From positions 496,001 to 560,000 of the forward strand of contig CP145419.1 of NCBI GenBank assembly GCA_036867785.1: a DNA stretch of 64,000 nucleotides, read 5' to 3'. This document shows, piece by piece, positions 1-11,745 of the stretch. The notes under the pieces are model-generated. The model had not been told where the DNA came from. It worked only from the letters and a program-made list of their open reading frames with translations, and searched no databases. The translations under genes were made by a program, and so were the position numbers. Position 1 is the first letter of the stretch. Each line of letters begins with the position of its first letter. The stretch comes from Plasmodiophora brassicae. Taxonomy: Eukaryota.

Positions 1-1
1 C

Positions 2-268
2 AACGATGAAGACGCCATGGTTGCCCAGGCAATCGCTGCATCGCTCAACTACCAGGGCGGTTCATCCGCAAGCGCCCCTGCCAACGAGGAAATGGACCCT
101 GAACTCGCTCGAGCCCTCGCCGCCTCCATGGAAGCCAGCGCCCAAGACCAGGACCTCGCGCGGGCCATCGCCGCCTCCATGGAAGTCGACGCGGAGACCC
201 AGCGCGACCTCGATCTCGCTATCGCCGCTTCCCTCGCCGAATCACCCGAGTCCAAGTCCGACTTCTGA
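2..268 (+). CDS. 3' end of a multi-UIM (ubiquitin-interacting motif) protein (Rpn10- or ataxin-3-like tail), truncated by the window edge
   Basis: Four repeats of the UIM pattern: EDAMVAQAIAASL, DPELARALAASME, DQDLARAIAASME, QRDLDLAIAASLAE; stop at 266-268. Confidence 0.7.
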   Translation, partial: NDEDAMVAQAIAASLNYQGGSSASAPANEEMDPELARALAASMEASAQDQDLARAIAASMEVDAETQRDLDLAIAASLAESPESKSDF

Positions 269-436
269 CATCCTCCATCGCCAGCCTCGATTCGATGAAT
301 GAAAACAGGAATAAGCAGCTGCAGCAGCAGCAGCAGTTTGCCGCAGCGGTTGAGCGACGGCCGTGCGGCGTCGCGAGTGTTGCGTAATTCCGTGCAGTCA
401 AGTCCGTGGCCGGCGGAGGAGAGACGCGGCCCGTTG

Positions 437-1449
437 ATGACGACGTACGTCCGGCAGCAGGACCGGAACCAGGCGGCGACGCTGTGGTGCGGCAACCTGG
501 CCGACCAGTGCACGGAGGAGATATTGTGGGAGCTGTTCATACAATGCGGGCCGCTACGTAAGAGAGGGGTGTCTCGCGTCGGGTCTGCGTCGCCCTGACA
601 AAGGGTCTGCGTTGCGTGCACAGTGGACGTTGTGATGCCGACGGATAAGGTGACGAACCAGCACCAGAATTACGCGTTCGTCGAGTTCCGGTCCGAGGCC
701 GACGCCGACTACGCGATGAAGGTGATGAACATGGTGAAATTGTATGGCCAGTCGATCCGGATCAACCGGTCGTCCCGCGAGAAGGACGAATTCGACGTTG
801 GCGCGAACCTGTTCGTCGGCAACCTGGCCCCTGAAGTCGACGAGCAGATCCTCTACAACTCGTTCAGCGTTTTCGGACAGGTGTGCCAACCTGATCTTGC
901 TGTCGCTGGTCAGCCCAACTGAACATGTTGATGGGTGTACAGGTTCTGAACGCCAAGGTGATGCATGATGACAATGGGGCACCGAGAGGGTTCGGCTTCG
1001 TGAACTTTGCAACGTTCGAAGCGTCCGATGCGGCGCTGGCAGCCATGAACGGCCAGTACCTATGCAACAAGGCGATCAACGTGTCGTACGCGTACATGAA
1101 GGACAGCACGCGCGGCGAACGTCACGGCACCGAGGCGGAACGTCAACTGGCCAAGAGCCGGGCGGCCATGCTGCCGAAATCGGCCACCAAGGTGCATTCG
1201 CACTTCTCGGCGGGTAGTACGGCACCGCCGCCGCCGGCTCCGGTTGCCGCCGAACATCCCGTCGGGTTCCCGCCCATGGTCCCACCTGGATACGGGTACG
1301 CCGCGCCGCCGCCCATGCATTTCCCAGGGGCGTTCCCGCCGCCGTTCCCAGGCGCGTTCCCGCCCCCGGGACAGTTCGCGCCGCCCCCCATGTTCCCGCC
1401 GGGCATGGCGCCACCGCCCCCACCCCCACATCAACGACAACAACAATAA
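437..1449 (+). CDS. SF3B4: Splicing factor 3B subunit 4 (SAP49/Hsh49): two RRMs and a Pro-rich tail; exons 437-557, 624-880, 943-1449
   Basis: QDRNQAATLWCGNL, NYAFVEF, DVGANLFVGNL, GFGFVNF, AMNGQYLCNKAINVSYAY, GERHGTEAERQLA; GT-AG introns 558-623 and 881-942 join in frame. Confidence 0.95.
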
Positions 1450-1521
1450 TAATCGGCACAGACAGACGCATGCACCCGTTCGATGTCGGCACGACGCGTC
1501 CCGTGCGCCACCTGTTGTATA

Positions 1522-3582
1522 TTATAGGATGACGCAGCACGATGTGGATTTGGCGGGGGCGACGGCGGCAGCAGGTTGCTGCTTGTCGGCATCCGGTTCC
1601 GGTTCCGGTTGCCGGTCGCGAGTCGGGCCAGGCGGTTTCCCCATCGCGGCCCCGTGCGACATCGAAGGTTCCGTCTGGACGTTCACCTGATCGGGGCTTA
1701 ACGGCGCCGCGTCCTCGGCCGTCTCCATGCTCTTGAACGCCTTCGGCGAGGAGTGCATCGGCGGCGGGCCATGCGCGGCGCTGCTCGCCTGCGTTCGCAA
1801 CGTCTTCTCCACGAGCTCCTTCTTCGCCATCGGCGACATGTTCGATCGGGACGCGGGCGCCGGCCCATCGTTCTCGTTGTCGGCGGGCGTCGCCAGCGTT
1901 TTCGACGCGGCCGCCGCGTCCCCGTGCTCGCTCGAGTCGGCGTTGCTCGACAGCATCCTGGCCTTCGGTGTGCTCTGATCGCTTGCCTGCTGGTGGTGAA
2001 CGCTGTCCAGCGCCTCCTTCTTCGTCGCCGTGCTCGGTTCAGCGCGCGGTTCGTTCTTGGTCTGCTCCTGCGGTTGTTGTTGTTGATGTGCGGCGTCCAC
2101 GTTGCTCGCGGTCGTCTCGGATGACGGCACCCGAACGGGGTCCTTCGCCGCGCTCTGCTGGTTGCGCAGGACATGCTCGAGCTTGCCCTTCATCGCCGTC
2201 TTGTCATCGGAGTCGGATGGCTTCGCTGCCGTGCTGGGCTTGGCGCTGTCGTCGATCGCGTCCTGGTCAGTAGCGCTCTTGAACGCCTTCTTCGGCTTGG
2301 CGCCTGGCTCCGCGTCCGCCTGTGGGCCATCAGCGACGCCTTTGGCCGGCTTCGACGCGTTGCTCGGCTTGCTACGTAACGCGTGCTCAATAGCGTCCCG
2401 TTTCGCCTTCGTGCTCGGGTCGGCCGCGGGTCGACGCACCGCCGCCTCGTCGTCCTTCGGCTTCGCCTCGTTGCTCGGCTTGCTTTTCAACGCGTTCTCA
2501 ATGGCCTCCTTCTTCACCTTCGTGGTCGACGTCTCCACGGCCGCCGTCTGGGGTTCGTTGGCAGTCGCCGCCGCCACCGCCGCAGCCGCGTTCCTGTTCG
2601 GGTCGGTGGGACGCCGAACGGGTTCCATTGGCGACTTCTCTAGGATTTCCTTCGCCGGCGACGCCTCGTCGCTGCTCTCGCTGGGCGCTTTCGGGGCAGG
2701 ATTCGCCGCCGGCTCCACATTGTCGCTGGCTGGCCTCGGCGATTGCATGGCGCCATGCTCGACGGCGAACTTGGCCAGGACGGCACCCTGACTCATGGCT
2801 GGTTCTGGGGCCGCTGCTGCTGTTGACGTTGACGTTGTTGTTGTTGTCGCTGTGGCGGCTGCCGCTGCGGGCGCTTCATGTGGAACGAACTCGGGCGCCA
2901 TGGCGGCCGTCGGCGGTATCGCCGAGACAGCGGGACTGGTCGCCGATGCCGGGACGAATTCAGCCGCCTCAGCCGATAGGCGACGTGTTCGCGGTTGGCC
3001 CTGCTCCGCATCCTGTTTCTGCTCGTCGACTGGTGGTGATGCGTCCTCGTTGCCGGCTGACGGCGCTCCCGTCATGGACTGGCTTCGGCGTCGCGATTTG
3101 TTCCTCTTCGACTTGCGTCTCGGCCTGTCGTTTGCTGGTTCCGCTTCGTCCGGTTCGGGTTTGGACGTGTCTTCAGCCTTCGGCTCGTCTGTTGCTGGCT
3201 TAGCTTCGTCCGCTGTGGGCTTGGGCTCTTCAGGTGCGGGCTTGGGCTCTTCAGGTGTGGGCGCGGGCTCTTCAGGAGGCGATGGAGATTTAGGCTGGTC
3301 GGCAGCGGGTTTAGGCTGGTCGGTAGCAGGTTCAGGCTTCTCAGTAGCAGGTTCTGGCTGGTCATGAGCGGGTACAGGCTGGTCAGTCGCCGTCTCCTCC
3401 TCCAGCGGGCGCTCGCTAGTGCTAGATACACGTGCGCCTGACGAATCGCGTTTCGCCGCGGTTTTCTGGCTGGCCTTACGGGAGCGGGATGACGATCTGC
3501 CTTTCTTTGCAGGGTTTGCCGGTGCTGGAACCGTTGACGCGGGTTCGCTAGGCTCCGCCGCTGGTGGCGCGTCTGACGACAT
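1522..3582 (-). CDS. Long disordered P/E/A/S/K-rich protein with PAM2-like motifs, internal helical repeats and a C-terminal CaaX box (CCVIL)
   Basis: Uninterrupted 705-codon ORF (likely start MSSDAPP at 3582, alternative 3639); LSAEAAEFVP and MAPEFVP; C-terminus KSTSCCVIL*. Confidence 0.75.
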   Translation of the reverse strand: MSSDAPPAAEPSEPASTVPAPANPAKKGRSSSRSRKASQKTAAKRDSSGARVSSTSERPLEEETATDQPVPAHDQPEPATEKPEPATDQPKPAADQPKSPSPPEEPAPTPEEPKPAPEEPKPTADEAKPATDEPKAEDTSKPEPDEAEPANDRPRRKSKRNKSRRRSQSMTGAPSAGNEDASPPVDEQKQDAEQGQPRTRRLSAEAAEFVPASATSPAVSAIPPTAAMAPEFVPHEAPAAAAATATTTTTSTSTAAAAPEPAMSQGAVLAKFAVEHGAMQSPRPASDNVEPAANPAPKAPSESSDEASPAKEILEKSPMEPVRRPTDPNRNAAAAVAAATANEPQTAAVETSTTKVKKEAIENALKSKPSNEAKPKDDEAAVRRPAADPSTKAKRDAIEHALRSKPSNASKPAKGVADGPQADAEPGAKPKKAFKSATDQDAIDDSAKPSTAAKPSDSDDKTAMKGKLEHVLRNQQSAAKDPVRVPSSETTASNVDAAHQQQQPQEQTKNEPRAEPSTATKKEALDSVHHQQASDQSTPKARMLSSNADSSEHGDAAAASKTLATPADNENDGPAPASRSNMSPMAKKELVEKTLRTQASSAAHGPPPMHSSPKAFKSMETAEDAAPLSPDQVNVQTEPSMSHGAAMGKPPGPTRDRQPEPEPDADKQQPAAAVAPAKSTSCCVIL

Positions 3583-3999
3583 GGCAACGTGGCCAACGGT
3601 GATACGATTCTGCCTACGGGCAGCAGGCACGCGACGCATGGGCCCGAATCTACTCGAGGATCGGTACCGCGTGGATCAAGTGGACGAATGCCTTCCGGCC
3701 TGCCTGTGCTGATGGGCGTTCTAGAACAATGGAATTCGAGAACCCCTGTCCAATGTACAGACCTCAAGGTTTCAGATGATCAAGGCACAGGTCGGCCTAC
3801 TGTCGTTAGTCCTCGAATCAGAGTTGCCGCAACGGCCTTCGAACCGGTGCCCATCAGGTCTTGCCTGGCGTACGCAGAGCTGACGCAACCTGCAAACAAA
3901 GTCGCTGGTTCAGAGTGCACCCAAACCGAAGTTGCGTTCCAGAGAAGGAAATAATCGTGCACTCTAGCCGAAACGTGACTTTGACGGCTAGTTGGGCGC

Positions 4000-5186
4000 C
4001 TACTTCAAGCTTTCTGGATCAGCCACGATCTTCATAGAGCGACAAACGCCCAGCGAGCGACGTAGCCTCGTCGAAGCAGTACGATGGGTGCCCAGCACGG
4101 CATAGGTGTGTACTAACATCGTCACGAGCACTACCGCTCTACAGATGTACGGTTCGCAGACGGTACAGGCGAGATGCTGGGAGTGCTGAATGGTGGGGCA
4201 ACTTGTTCACGGCGTCACGCGAACGTCGTGACGCCACGCTCAGCAGGCCCGTACCTGCAATATCGTGTCATCAGCGACAGCGCAGCGCCCCGAACAAGCA
4301 TAAGACAACCTTCCAGCAACGCTTTCGTTAGCGAACTCGTCCAGTATCGGGTACTGCAGATCCGCATGGTACGACGTGTAACGAAGCGGAGCAGCCGCCA
4401 ACGATGCGCTGGCCATGGCACCCGCAATGCACAGCGAAAGGAATATGCCAACGGCAGGAGCCCAGAAGATCTTCTCGCTGTCAAAGAGCGTTATAATATC
4501 GTCAACCTGCTCACAGGGTCCATTAAGTCGGGCCGGTGCCGTTACTACGACAGCGGGAACTCACATGGGGCTGCGAGCCCTGCAAGACACGCTGGACTGT
4601 CTTGATGGCCCACGATGAATCGACAACCAGTGCAACAACAGCTGTAATCTATCCGTTATCGTCAAACTAACGTTAACAACCCCAATGTTGGTGATGACGA
4701 GGACCTGGACCAGGGCAAGGATGAAACAGACGTGGCTGAAGACGGTCAGCCCAGGGCGTGACTTGGCGTTAACGCTTGCGAATCCCAGGGCTGATGTTAT
4801 GACAAGAACCACAGCGACTGCGACCGTAACCGCATGGAATGCGTTGATCCCCGTCCTGGCAATCCACATGGCGCCTAGGATGCTGACCGCCGACCCCAGC
4901 ACCTGCCGCATGCCGTCAGACCCAGCTGCCTCGCCAACAACAACACAGCAGCCGGCTGCCTGACCCCGAGCACACTGGCGGTGAACGTCACGATCACCAG
5001 GCCGAACGCAACGCACATGATGATCGAACGCGCGACGGGTCCACGCTCGAAACGGCAAAGTGCTGCGCATCCGTGGCGCGTCGTCGCACCGCCGACCGCG
5101 CCTGCTGCGGACCATCCGTGTCGGTCCACTCCCCCGTCGAAGTCGCACAGTACCATCACTGCCAAGTGCCTACCCGAACTGGACAT
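4000..5186 (-). CDS. Multi-exon four-TM membrane protein with tetraspanin-like topology; 3' end approximate
   Basis: Hydrophobic segments IIMCVAFGLVIVTFTASVL, AVAVVLVITSALGFASV, VFSHVCFILALVQ/ITAVVALVV and WAPAVGIFLSLCIA separated by plausible GT-AG introns; no CCG motif seen. Confidence 0.4.
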
Positions 5187-5431
5187 GACTGATGGTCGGC
5201 CTTGTCGAATGGCATGAGCCTGAGCTGAAGACGGCTGTGATCACCGTCCCCTCGGGGGTGTGTGTGTGTGCGCACACCAGCGTCGGTGACCGCGGTGGGC
5301 GCATTGCGCATTTAGGGGGCTGCCGCTGCATGTCTACGCCTCTGTGTCATTTCCAGTATGTTCAGGCGGCCGACGCGCATAACGGAAACTGCCGGCGATG
5401 GGGCAGGCTTGTGGCCGGGCAATGTTCGACG

Positions 5432-6141
5432 TCAAATAAACTTTACGTTTGTCCAATCGAGTGCAACATTGGCGAGGTGGGCCTCGAAATCAACGACGCG
5501 GTCGCATGCGGGGCGATCGTCGCCGAACAACCCAGACACGGCGCGGAACGCGTTCTCCCCGTCTTCAACACGGACGGGCACACTGGTTTCATTAACGGCC
5601 GTCTTCGTTCCCGCCCGATACCGATAGCATCGCAGCGCAGGCCCATCAGTGCCCTTGTGGTGGATCATCTTGTTGTCAATCTGTGAACAGCGCTTCACAG
5701 TCAGAGCTTGACGTCCTAGCATGGCCTACAACGTCTCCCGACCACGCAGATCAGCGCCCCATTGCCGATCGTCCTCGCAACGGCAATAGCGCCCATGCCA
5801 ACAGATTCGTCGTCGAGAAGTTCCGCACCTTGGTAGACGCCGACGATTCCAACGCCATCGCCAAGCGTCTTACAATGCAGGCCGATCTGATCACGATAGT
5901 CGTTAGACGAACGCGACACGGTGACTCGCGATACTCTGGTTACGATTTCAAGCGCGATCGTCAGGATCGGCGACGTCAACTGCGAATGGGTGACCGGGAA
6001 GCAATGGGTGATGGCGCCGGTGGCCTGCACGCCGACCATAACGCCGAGCACGGGCCTGTCATAGTACCGCAGGGCGTGCGCCATGCAGATCCGGTACGCG
6101 CGCCCGTCGATGACCGGCGCCCGATCGCCACCCGACGCCAT
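5432..6141 (-). CDS. EMC8: ER membrane protein complex subunit 8/9 (UPF0172, MPN-like), intron-containing
   Basis: AYRICMAHALRY..PVLGVMVG, HCFPVTHSQLTSPILTIALE, IVGVYQ, VVDFEAHLANVALDWTN match the EMC8/9 family pattern. Confidence 0.8.
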
Positions 6142-6398
6142 CGCTCGCGCACCTTCCCACTATCGTCACTGCGCAGCAGAATGCCAAATGTGACGTCTTC
6201 CGCACGGGCAACCTGCCACCGTTTCCCCAGAGCGCAGCGTCATTTGGAAGATCCGTCTGGGGGGTGAGGGAGTACTACTCCGACGTCGGATCACGGTTGA
6301 CGCGGCCGTCCTGCCGGATGATCGTTCGCGAGTACTCGGCAGGGGTCTGCGGCAGGATCGGAATCTCTGTGTACGGTCGCGAGGAGATTGCCTAAACG

Positions 6399-7413
6399 AT
6401 GGCGACGGGGTCGGACCCTGGCAACGTGGCCGTCGACGTGCAAGCTGGGCCGGCGCCGGTCCCGGCGCAGTTGACGACGGCCGCGAAGGGGTGCATTGGC
6501 GGGTTCGCGTTGGTCGGGGTGATGCTGCTGTTCACAGATATGTTCCTGGTGTTCATGTACCTGTGGAATTTCGCCCCCCTGTATGTCCTGCTGGCGAGGG
6601 CCAGGAGCGATCAGAACGCCGCTGATCGCAGCGAGATCATCACCAAGTTCGGGACAGGTTTCATCGTCGGTCCGTTCATCCTGTTTACCGCTTTGTTCAT
6701 CGCCGGCTCGATCGCCTCGTTCCTGCCCGACGGCTTTGCCTACTACTTCCTCAGCTGCGCCGTCATCGTCCTGATTGTCGTCGCCATTGAAGAGGCTGTC
6801 AAACTGACCAGTTAAGGAATTGCATTGATTAGCCAAAGCGCGCGAACTGGCTGACTCCTTCCCCCCAGTGATCCACTCGACATACAAGCAGTGCACCGAC
6901 CTTTCCACTGAATCCGAAATGCGCCTTGTTCGTTCCGGTCTGTACACGTCAGCGGCGCTGGCGTCTGGATACGCCGTCATGAGCGGTTGGGTTGCTTTCC
7001 TTCGGTGCACGATTATGATTGACCGTTGTCTTGCAGCGTTGATCATTAACGTGTGGTACGTGAGCCCCGATATCTTCACCGAACTGGTTGTCACTATTTG
7101 GGCGTTGCTGTTATACGTCCCGATTCACGTCCTCACTGGCATCCTGATCGGGATCGACTGCGGGCGTCACGTCATCCTGCACGCTCCAATCCGGTTCCCA
7201 ACATCGCTATCCGTCAGCTTTACCGTCCGAGCGATCCACCTGATCGTTACATTCCTGCTCGCAGCCTACATTGAATCTCCATGGGGAGCTGTTGCCGCCA
7301 TATTCGCCTTCTCGCTCGCCATCTGCGCCCTGCTTTACGTTTTCGTCCGATGGTACAACCGCCAGCTCCCGCAGACCTACCTGCAATCAGCTGCCTTTCA
7401 AATGCTCCTTTGA
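6399..7413 (+). CDS. Unknown multi-pass membrane protein (about 7 TM); exons 6399-6810 and 6869-7413
   Basis: Two hydrophobic ORFs joined in frame by a 58-nt GT-AG intron (6811-6868). Confidence 0.65.
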
Positions 7414-7596
7414 CTGGCTCCATCGTCACCTGCCCTCCTCGGTACGCACAATAAAGAGCGCCATCGCTCTTGGCGAGCGCATCAACGCTGCAGGGACGGT
7501 ATTCCGTATTCGCCGTTGTTCGGGGTACGGTGCGTGCGGCACAGGTCAGCTGCACTCGGGATGATTTTGGCGTACACGTGACAGCGTGACGTCCGA

Positions 7597-9104
7597 ATGG
7601 CGGACGACGTCGGCTATCTGTCATACCGGTACGGGCACAACGATGTGGAGGTGGTGAGCGGGCGCGTAGCGCTGGGCGCGCCGGCCGGGTCGACGCGTCT
7701 GGCGCTGGCGATGGACATTCCGAAGCATGTCGCCATCTCCGAGTTCTGTGCGTTTGTCGAGCGCGATGACGCCGGCATCGTGCATATGCAGGTTGTCGAT
7801 CCGGGTGACGATTGCTATGCCGTGTTCGTCGTCCTGGCGTCGGTCGGCGACTGCGATGCGTTTTGTGAGGCGCTCGACGGCGTCGCGTTCAATTCCGTTG
7901 AAGAAGAACGATGCCGAGTCGTTCGCGTCCACGAAGACAGCGATCAGGTTCTGCTGTGCTCTGCCGTAAGCTGCCCTGTGTGTCTGGATTCGATTGATGG
8001 CCATGGCGGGTCGATCAGTATCCTGTGCCGGCATCAGTTCCATTACAGATGCCTGCGGAAATGGAAAGACCACAGCAATGTCTGCCCTGTGTGTCGGTAC
8101 CATATGCAGCCCCAGGTATAGAGCCGATGTGTGTGTGTGTGTGCTACTGGCGATTTAATACGGCCCACGTGTTAGGTTCAGTCGCGTTGTGAAGACTGCC
8201 TGGAGCAAGATGTTGTTGACGACTTGTGGATATGCCTTGTTTGCGGCCACGTTGGATGTGGCCGATATTCCAATAGCCATGCCTTCAAACAGTAAGCATT
8301 CTTCAGGGTTCCGGGGACTAACGCATCTCTGACGTTGGCCCTAGTTTCGAGATGACGTGTCATACGTATGCGCTGGACGTCGCGACCCGGGCCGTGTGGG
8401 ATTACGCTGGGGACAATTTCGTGCACCGCCTAGTGATGGGTGATGGCAAGCTGGTCGAAGTCGACGCGCATGACGAGTCCGTTGGTGTGGATGTTCACGA
8501 GTCATCGTTGAAGCTCGAGGAGCTGCTAGAACAGTACAACTTCCTCCTTTCGTCTCAACTTCAAGAGCAATGTGGCACCTTCAAACGTCAACAACAACGT
8601 CTTCACGAAGATTTCGGTAGGCCCATGTAGTTCGCAGCGATGCCTTCGTTGACAGGTCATCCCGTAGAGTCGCGACGTCACGAGTATGAATTGGAGCTCG
8701 AGTCTATGACGAAAGAGCTTGACGCCATTCGAAGGAAGGCTGGTCACCTCGACGAAGCGCTTGAGTCCGGGAAGGCCAAGCTGGAAGAACTGGCGCGTGC
8801 TGAAGACGAGAAGAAGGGCCAGCTTCGTGGGTTGCAGATTCTCAACTCGAAGTTGCTTGCCGACCAAGAGGCGGCGCGACGCGAACTAGAAAATTGGAGT
8901 TCGATACAAGACGACGATGATGTCGAACGGCAACAGCAGATTGATTCGCTGAGCGATGAGCTTCGCGACCTCGAATTCTACGTCAAGGCGCAAGCTCGAG
9001 TTAAAGGCAACCGAGAAATCAGGCAGGGCACGATCGTCGTTGCTGACGCTCCCCGAGATGGCACTGAACATCGTGGGAAGTCCTCAAGGAGGCGGCGACG
9101 GTGA
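7597..9104 (+). CDS. BRAP: BRAP2/ETP1-like E3 ligase (BRAP2 domain, RING-H2, ZnF-UBP, coiled coil), multi-exon
   Basis: [86 protein letters not shown]. Confidence 0.92.
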
Positions 9105-9386
9105 TATCTACATATGTTCGAGTAACCAGAGCGGTGCCCCGACGTGTTTCGTTTACTATGATATGTGGCCCACTTGAATGCGATTGAGGAATGCAGGTTG
9201 AGCACCTCCGCGACTAAACCATGGACCCGCATGCCCAGTCACAGCACTTGCGAGTCACCCGCCCATGTGGATATCATGTGAGTCATTAGGCGTGACGCAA
9301 CTGGCTCCCGTTATTCGTCACTGGGTGACCCGCCCAATTTCTGCTCGTTGGCCATACAGCTAGTTTATCGATAAGCGCGAGGAGAG

Positions 9387-11162
9387 ATGGATCTCTCGAC
9401 CTCGAGGCGGGATCCGGCCGTATCACAATACGGGCCGCGACCGCCTCCATATCCACATCCGTCGACGATTAGGCCCAAGATCGACGTCAACCTCCCGACG
9501 ACGGGCGCGAGCTCGACTACCCCCGTTCCGCGGGGCGAGGTCCTTCAGATGCAAACGCATCTGGATTCGTTCCTGCGCGCCATTCGACAGCATGTCGTCC
9601 CAGTATCCCCATCTGCCACCGACTCCGATGTCGTCAGCAACTGGAACGGCCAGCGGTACAATATCGTCCCGCCTGAGCATCAGTCGCCAGCAGACGACGG
9701 CGAGATGTCCGACATTGCGTTATCACCTGACGGCGCGAACGCAAGCTCGTCGATGCGATCGACGGTCGGCGTGTTCACGAAAGCCTTCGAGACCGGCAAC
9801 TTCCACGAAGTCGACGCGATCACCCGGGAGCGATTCGAAGTGAAATCGGATTTCGGGCGCGCCCAGTCGCTCCGGCATTCGGGATCGGGGCGGGCCGCAT
9901 CGCAGTCCCTGAAGTTGTACCGCAACGAGGCGCCTCGTTCCGCCTCCCTGCGCAGCACGGCTTCCGGCCGGCAATCCGCATTGGGGTCGATCAAGTCTCT
10001 TTCGACGATGAGGACCGTCATCACCAACCCGTCCACGCCAGCAAGATCGACGCCGGCAAGGGGGCCGCCTAGTCGTTTGCTGTCGTCGCGCCGGACACAG
10101 CTGACCGCGTCGTCCGCTCCGCCAAGCCGCGTCGTGTCGTCCAAGGAAGTTCCCAGGCACACGGCTGCTCCGATGGAGACGTCTCCGACGAAAGAGCAGC
10201 ACGCGACGCGGAAGGAATACCCGGAACCGGCTCCAGCGAACGACTCGGGTGCGTCTCCGGCCTCGGCGGCTGCGGGACGATGTGGTGCGGGTCTGACGGT
10301 GGACATTGACGACGATTCGATGGCTGGGTCGGGGTCGTGGCATCCGACGTCGGTGCTGCAGCCCATGCCGTCCGTATCGCTCATCAAGCGACAGAACGCA
10401 AGGCGGTTCACGTCGGCGCGGATGACGTACGAGCCGGAGCCGTTGCCGGGGATGGTGTCGCCGCAGGAGATATCCCGCCATCAGCAAAGGCTGATGAGAG
10501 ACGATTTCACGTACGGGTCGTTCCGGTCGACGCCGACCAAGTCCCGCAAGTCGTCTCTGGCGGCGTCGACCGCGTCGACAGAAACCAAGAACAACGCATC
10601 AACGTCAACGCCCCGTCGACGGCGACGGTCCGATGCGCCATTGGAGACAGCGTTTCGCGTCATCAAGCACGGTCGACGCGGGAAGCCGAAGCCGAAGACG
10701 CTGACGGTCGATCTGGAGCTTGGTGTGATCACATGGGGAACGGGAAGTATCCTCATCAACGACGTCAAGCAGATACGACGCGGTCGCCAGACCAAGGTGC
10801 TTTCAAGGGCACCGGCTGCGGGAGCGTACGAGGGCCTATTCGCATCGCTCGTGACGAAGAACCGGACGGTTGATCTGGAGTTGCGCAGCCGGAAAGAGAG
10901 GAACCACGTCGTGAGCCAGCTCCAACGCTTGATCTCGAACTATGTCTCGGCAGAGGGCAGGCGGCTAACCTGGAACCGGTACGAGAACACGTCGTTGCCT
11001 AGCTACCGAATCGGCGACGTTGACGACGACGACGACGACTGGCGCGCGTTAACGGCCCCGCATCGAAGCAACCTGTCATTGCAGGGCGTCGGCGAAAAGG
11101 TTGCCAGGCTGATGTGCTTACGGCGACAAGTATCCGACTCCTGGACAGCGGAACATTTCTGA
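9387..11162 (+). CDS. Ser/Arg-rich disordered protein with a C-terminal PH domain (PLC/Mcp5-type PH)
   Basis: 591-aa ORF; VIKHGRRGKPKPKTL...ITW...INDVKQIRRGRQTKVL...FASLVTKNRTVDLE..S.KERNHVV..L is a PH signature. Confidence 0.7.
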   Translation: MDLSTSRRDPAVSQYGPRPPPYPHPSTIRPKIDVNLPTTGASSTTPVPRGEVLQMQTHLDSFLRAIRQHVVPVSPSATDSDVVSNWNGQRYNIVPPEHQSPADDGEMSDIALSPDGANASSSMRSTVGVFTKAFETGNFHEVDAITRERFEVKSDFGRAQSLRHSGSGRAASQSLKLYRNEAPRSASLRSTASGRQSALGSIKSLSTMRTVITNPSTPARSTPARGPPSRLLSSRRTQLTASSAPPSRVVSSKEVPRHTAAPMETSPTKEQHATRKEYPEPAPANDSGASPASAAAGRCGAGLTVDIDDDSMAGSGSWHPTSVLQPMPSVSLIKRQNARRFTSARMTYEPEPLPGMVSPQEISRHQQRLMRDDFTYGSFRSTPTKSRKSSLAASTASTETKNNASTSTPRRRRRSDAPLETAFRVIKHGRRGKPKPKTLTVDLELGVITWGTGSILINDVKQIRRGRQTKVLSRAPAAGAYEGLFASLVTKNRTVDLELRSRKERNHVVSQLQRLISNYVSAEGRRLTWNRYENTSLPSYRIGDVDDDDDDWRALTAPHRSNLSLQGVGEKVARLMCLRRQVSDSWTAEHF

Positions 11163-11327
11163 GCTAGCCGATTATGATAATTAACCTCTCCTCATATACA
11201 TTCTCTTTAACAGGCGCCTGCGACCGCACTGTCACTCAGTTCTTCGGATCGTGGTTAACTGAAAGCAGAACCGGATTAGCCACGCCCCGACCACGTCGCC
11301 GAGGAGAAAGACGTCGACGCACGCTCG

Positions 11328-11745
11328 GTGCTAGAGTTGCATATGGTAACAGAGTCTGTTGCGACCGCTGCAGGCCTTAGCTCGTGTCAGAGCGCAGCTG
11401 AGTGTTGGCGGGCACTATTCGCGACCTTCAACCCATCGACGAACTCAGGACGCCCGCGTAGAGCGACGAGGATGGCGATCAAGGGCTCAGGCAAGTCGCC
11501 CAGCGAGGCGGGACAGACGAGTCGGAATTGTCGGATAGCCTCCCGCGCTCGATTGACGAAGGCCATAGCGCTCTCGTCGGGTTCCTGCTTGATTCCTAGG
11601 ATGGTCGTCAACGCGCACATGACGGTGGCATAGATCGATGGGTCGAAGTCGCGGATAGTGCCCGCCAACACTCATCTGCGTTGTGGCACGAGCTGAGGTC
11701 TGCTGCGGTAGAAACAGACTCTGTTACCATGTCCAACTCTGGCAC
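11328..11745. repeat. Imperfect inverted repeat: arms 11328-11439 and 11635-11745, spacer about 195 bp
   Basis: Manual alignment gives 14 substitutions and 1 indel over 112 nt; the arms translate to LELHMVTESVATAAGLSSCQSAAECWRALF and PELDMVTESVSTAADLSSCHNADECWRALS. Confidence 0.9.

Noticed and set aside
8128-8143. Short (TG)n and trinucleotide runs (also about 5259, 18644, 62556)
   Set aside because: Ordinary microsatellites or low-complexity tracts.
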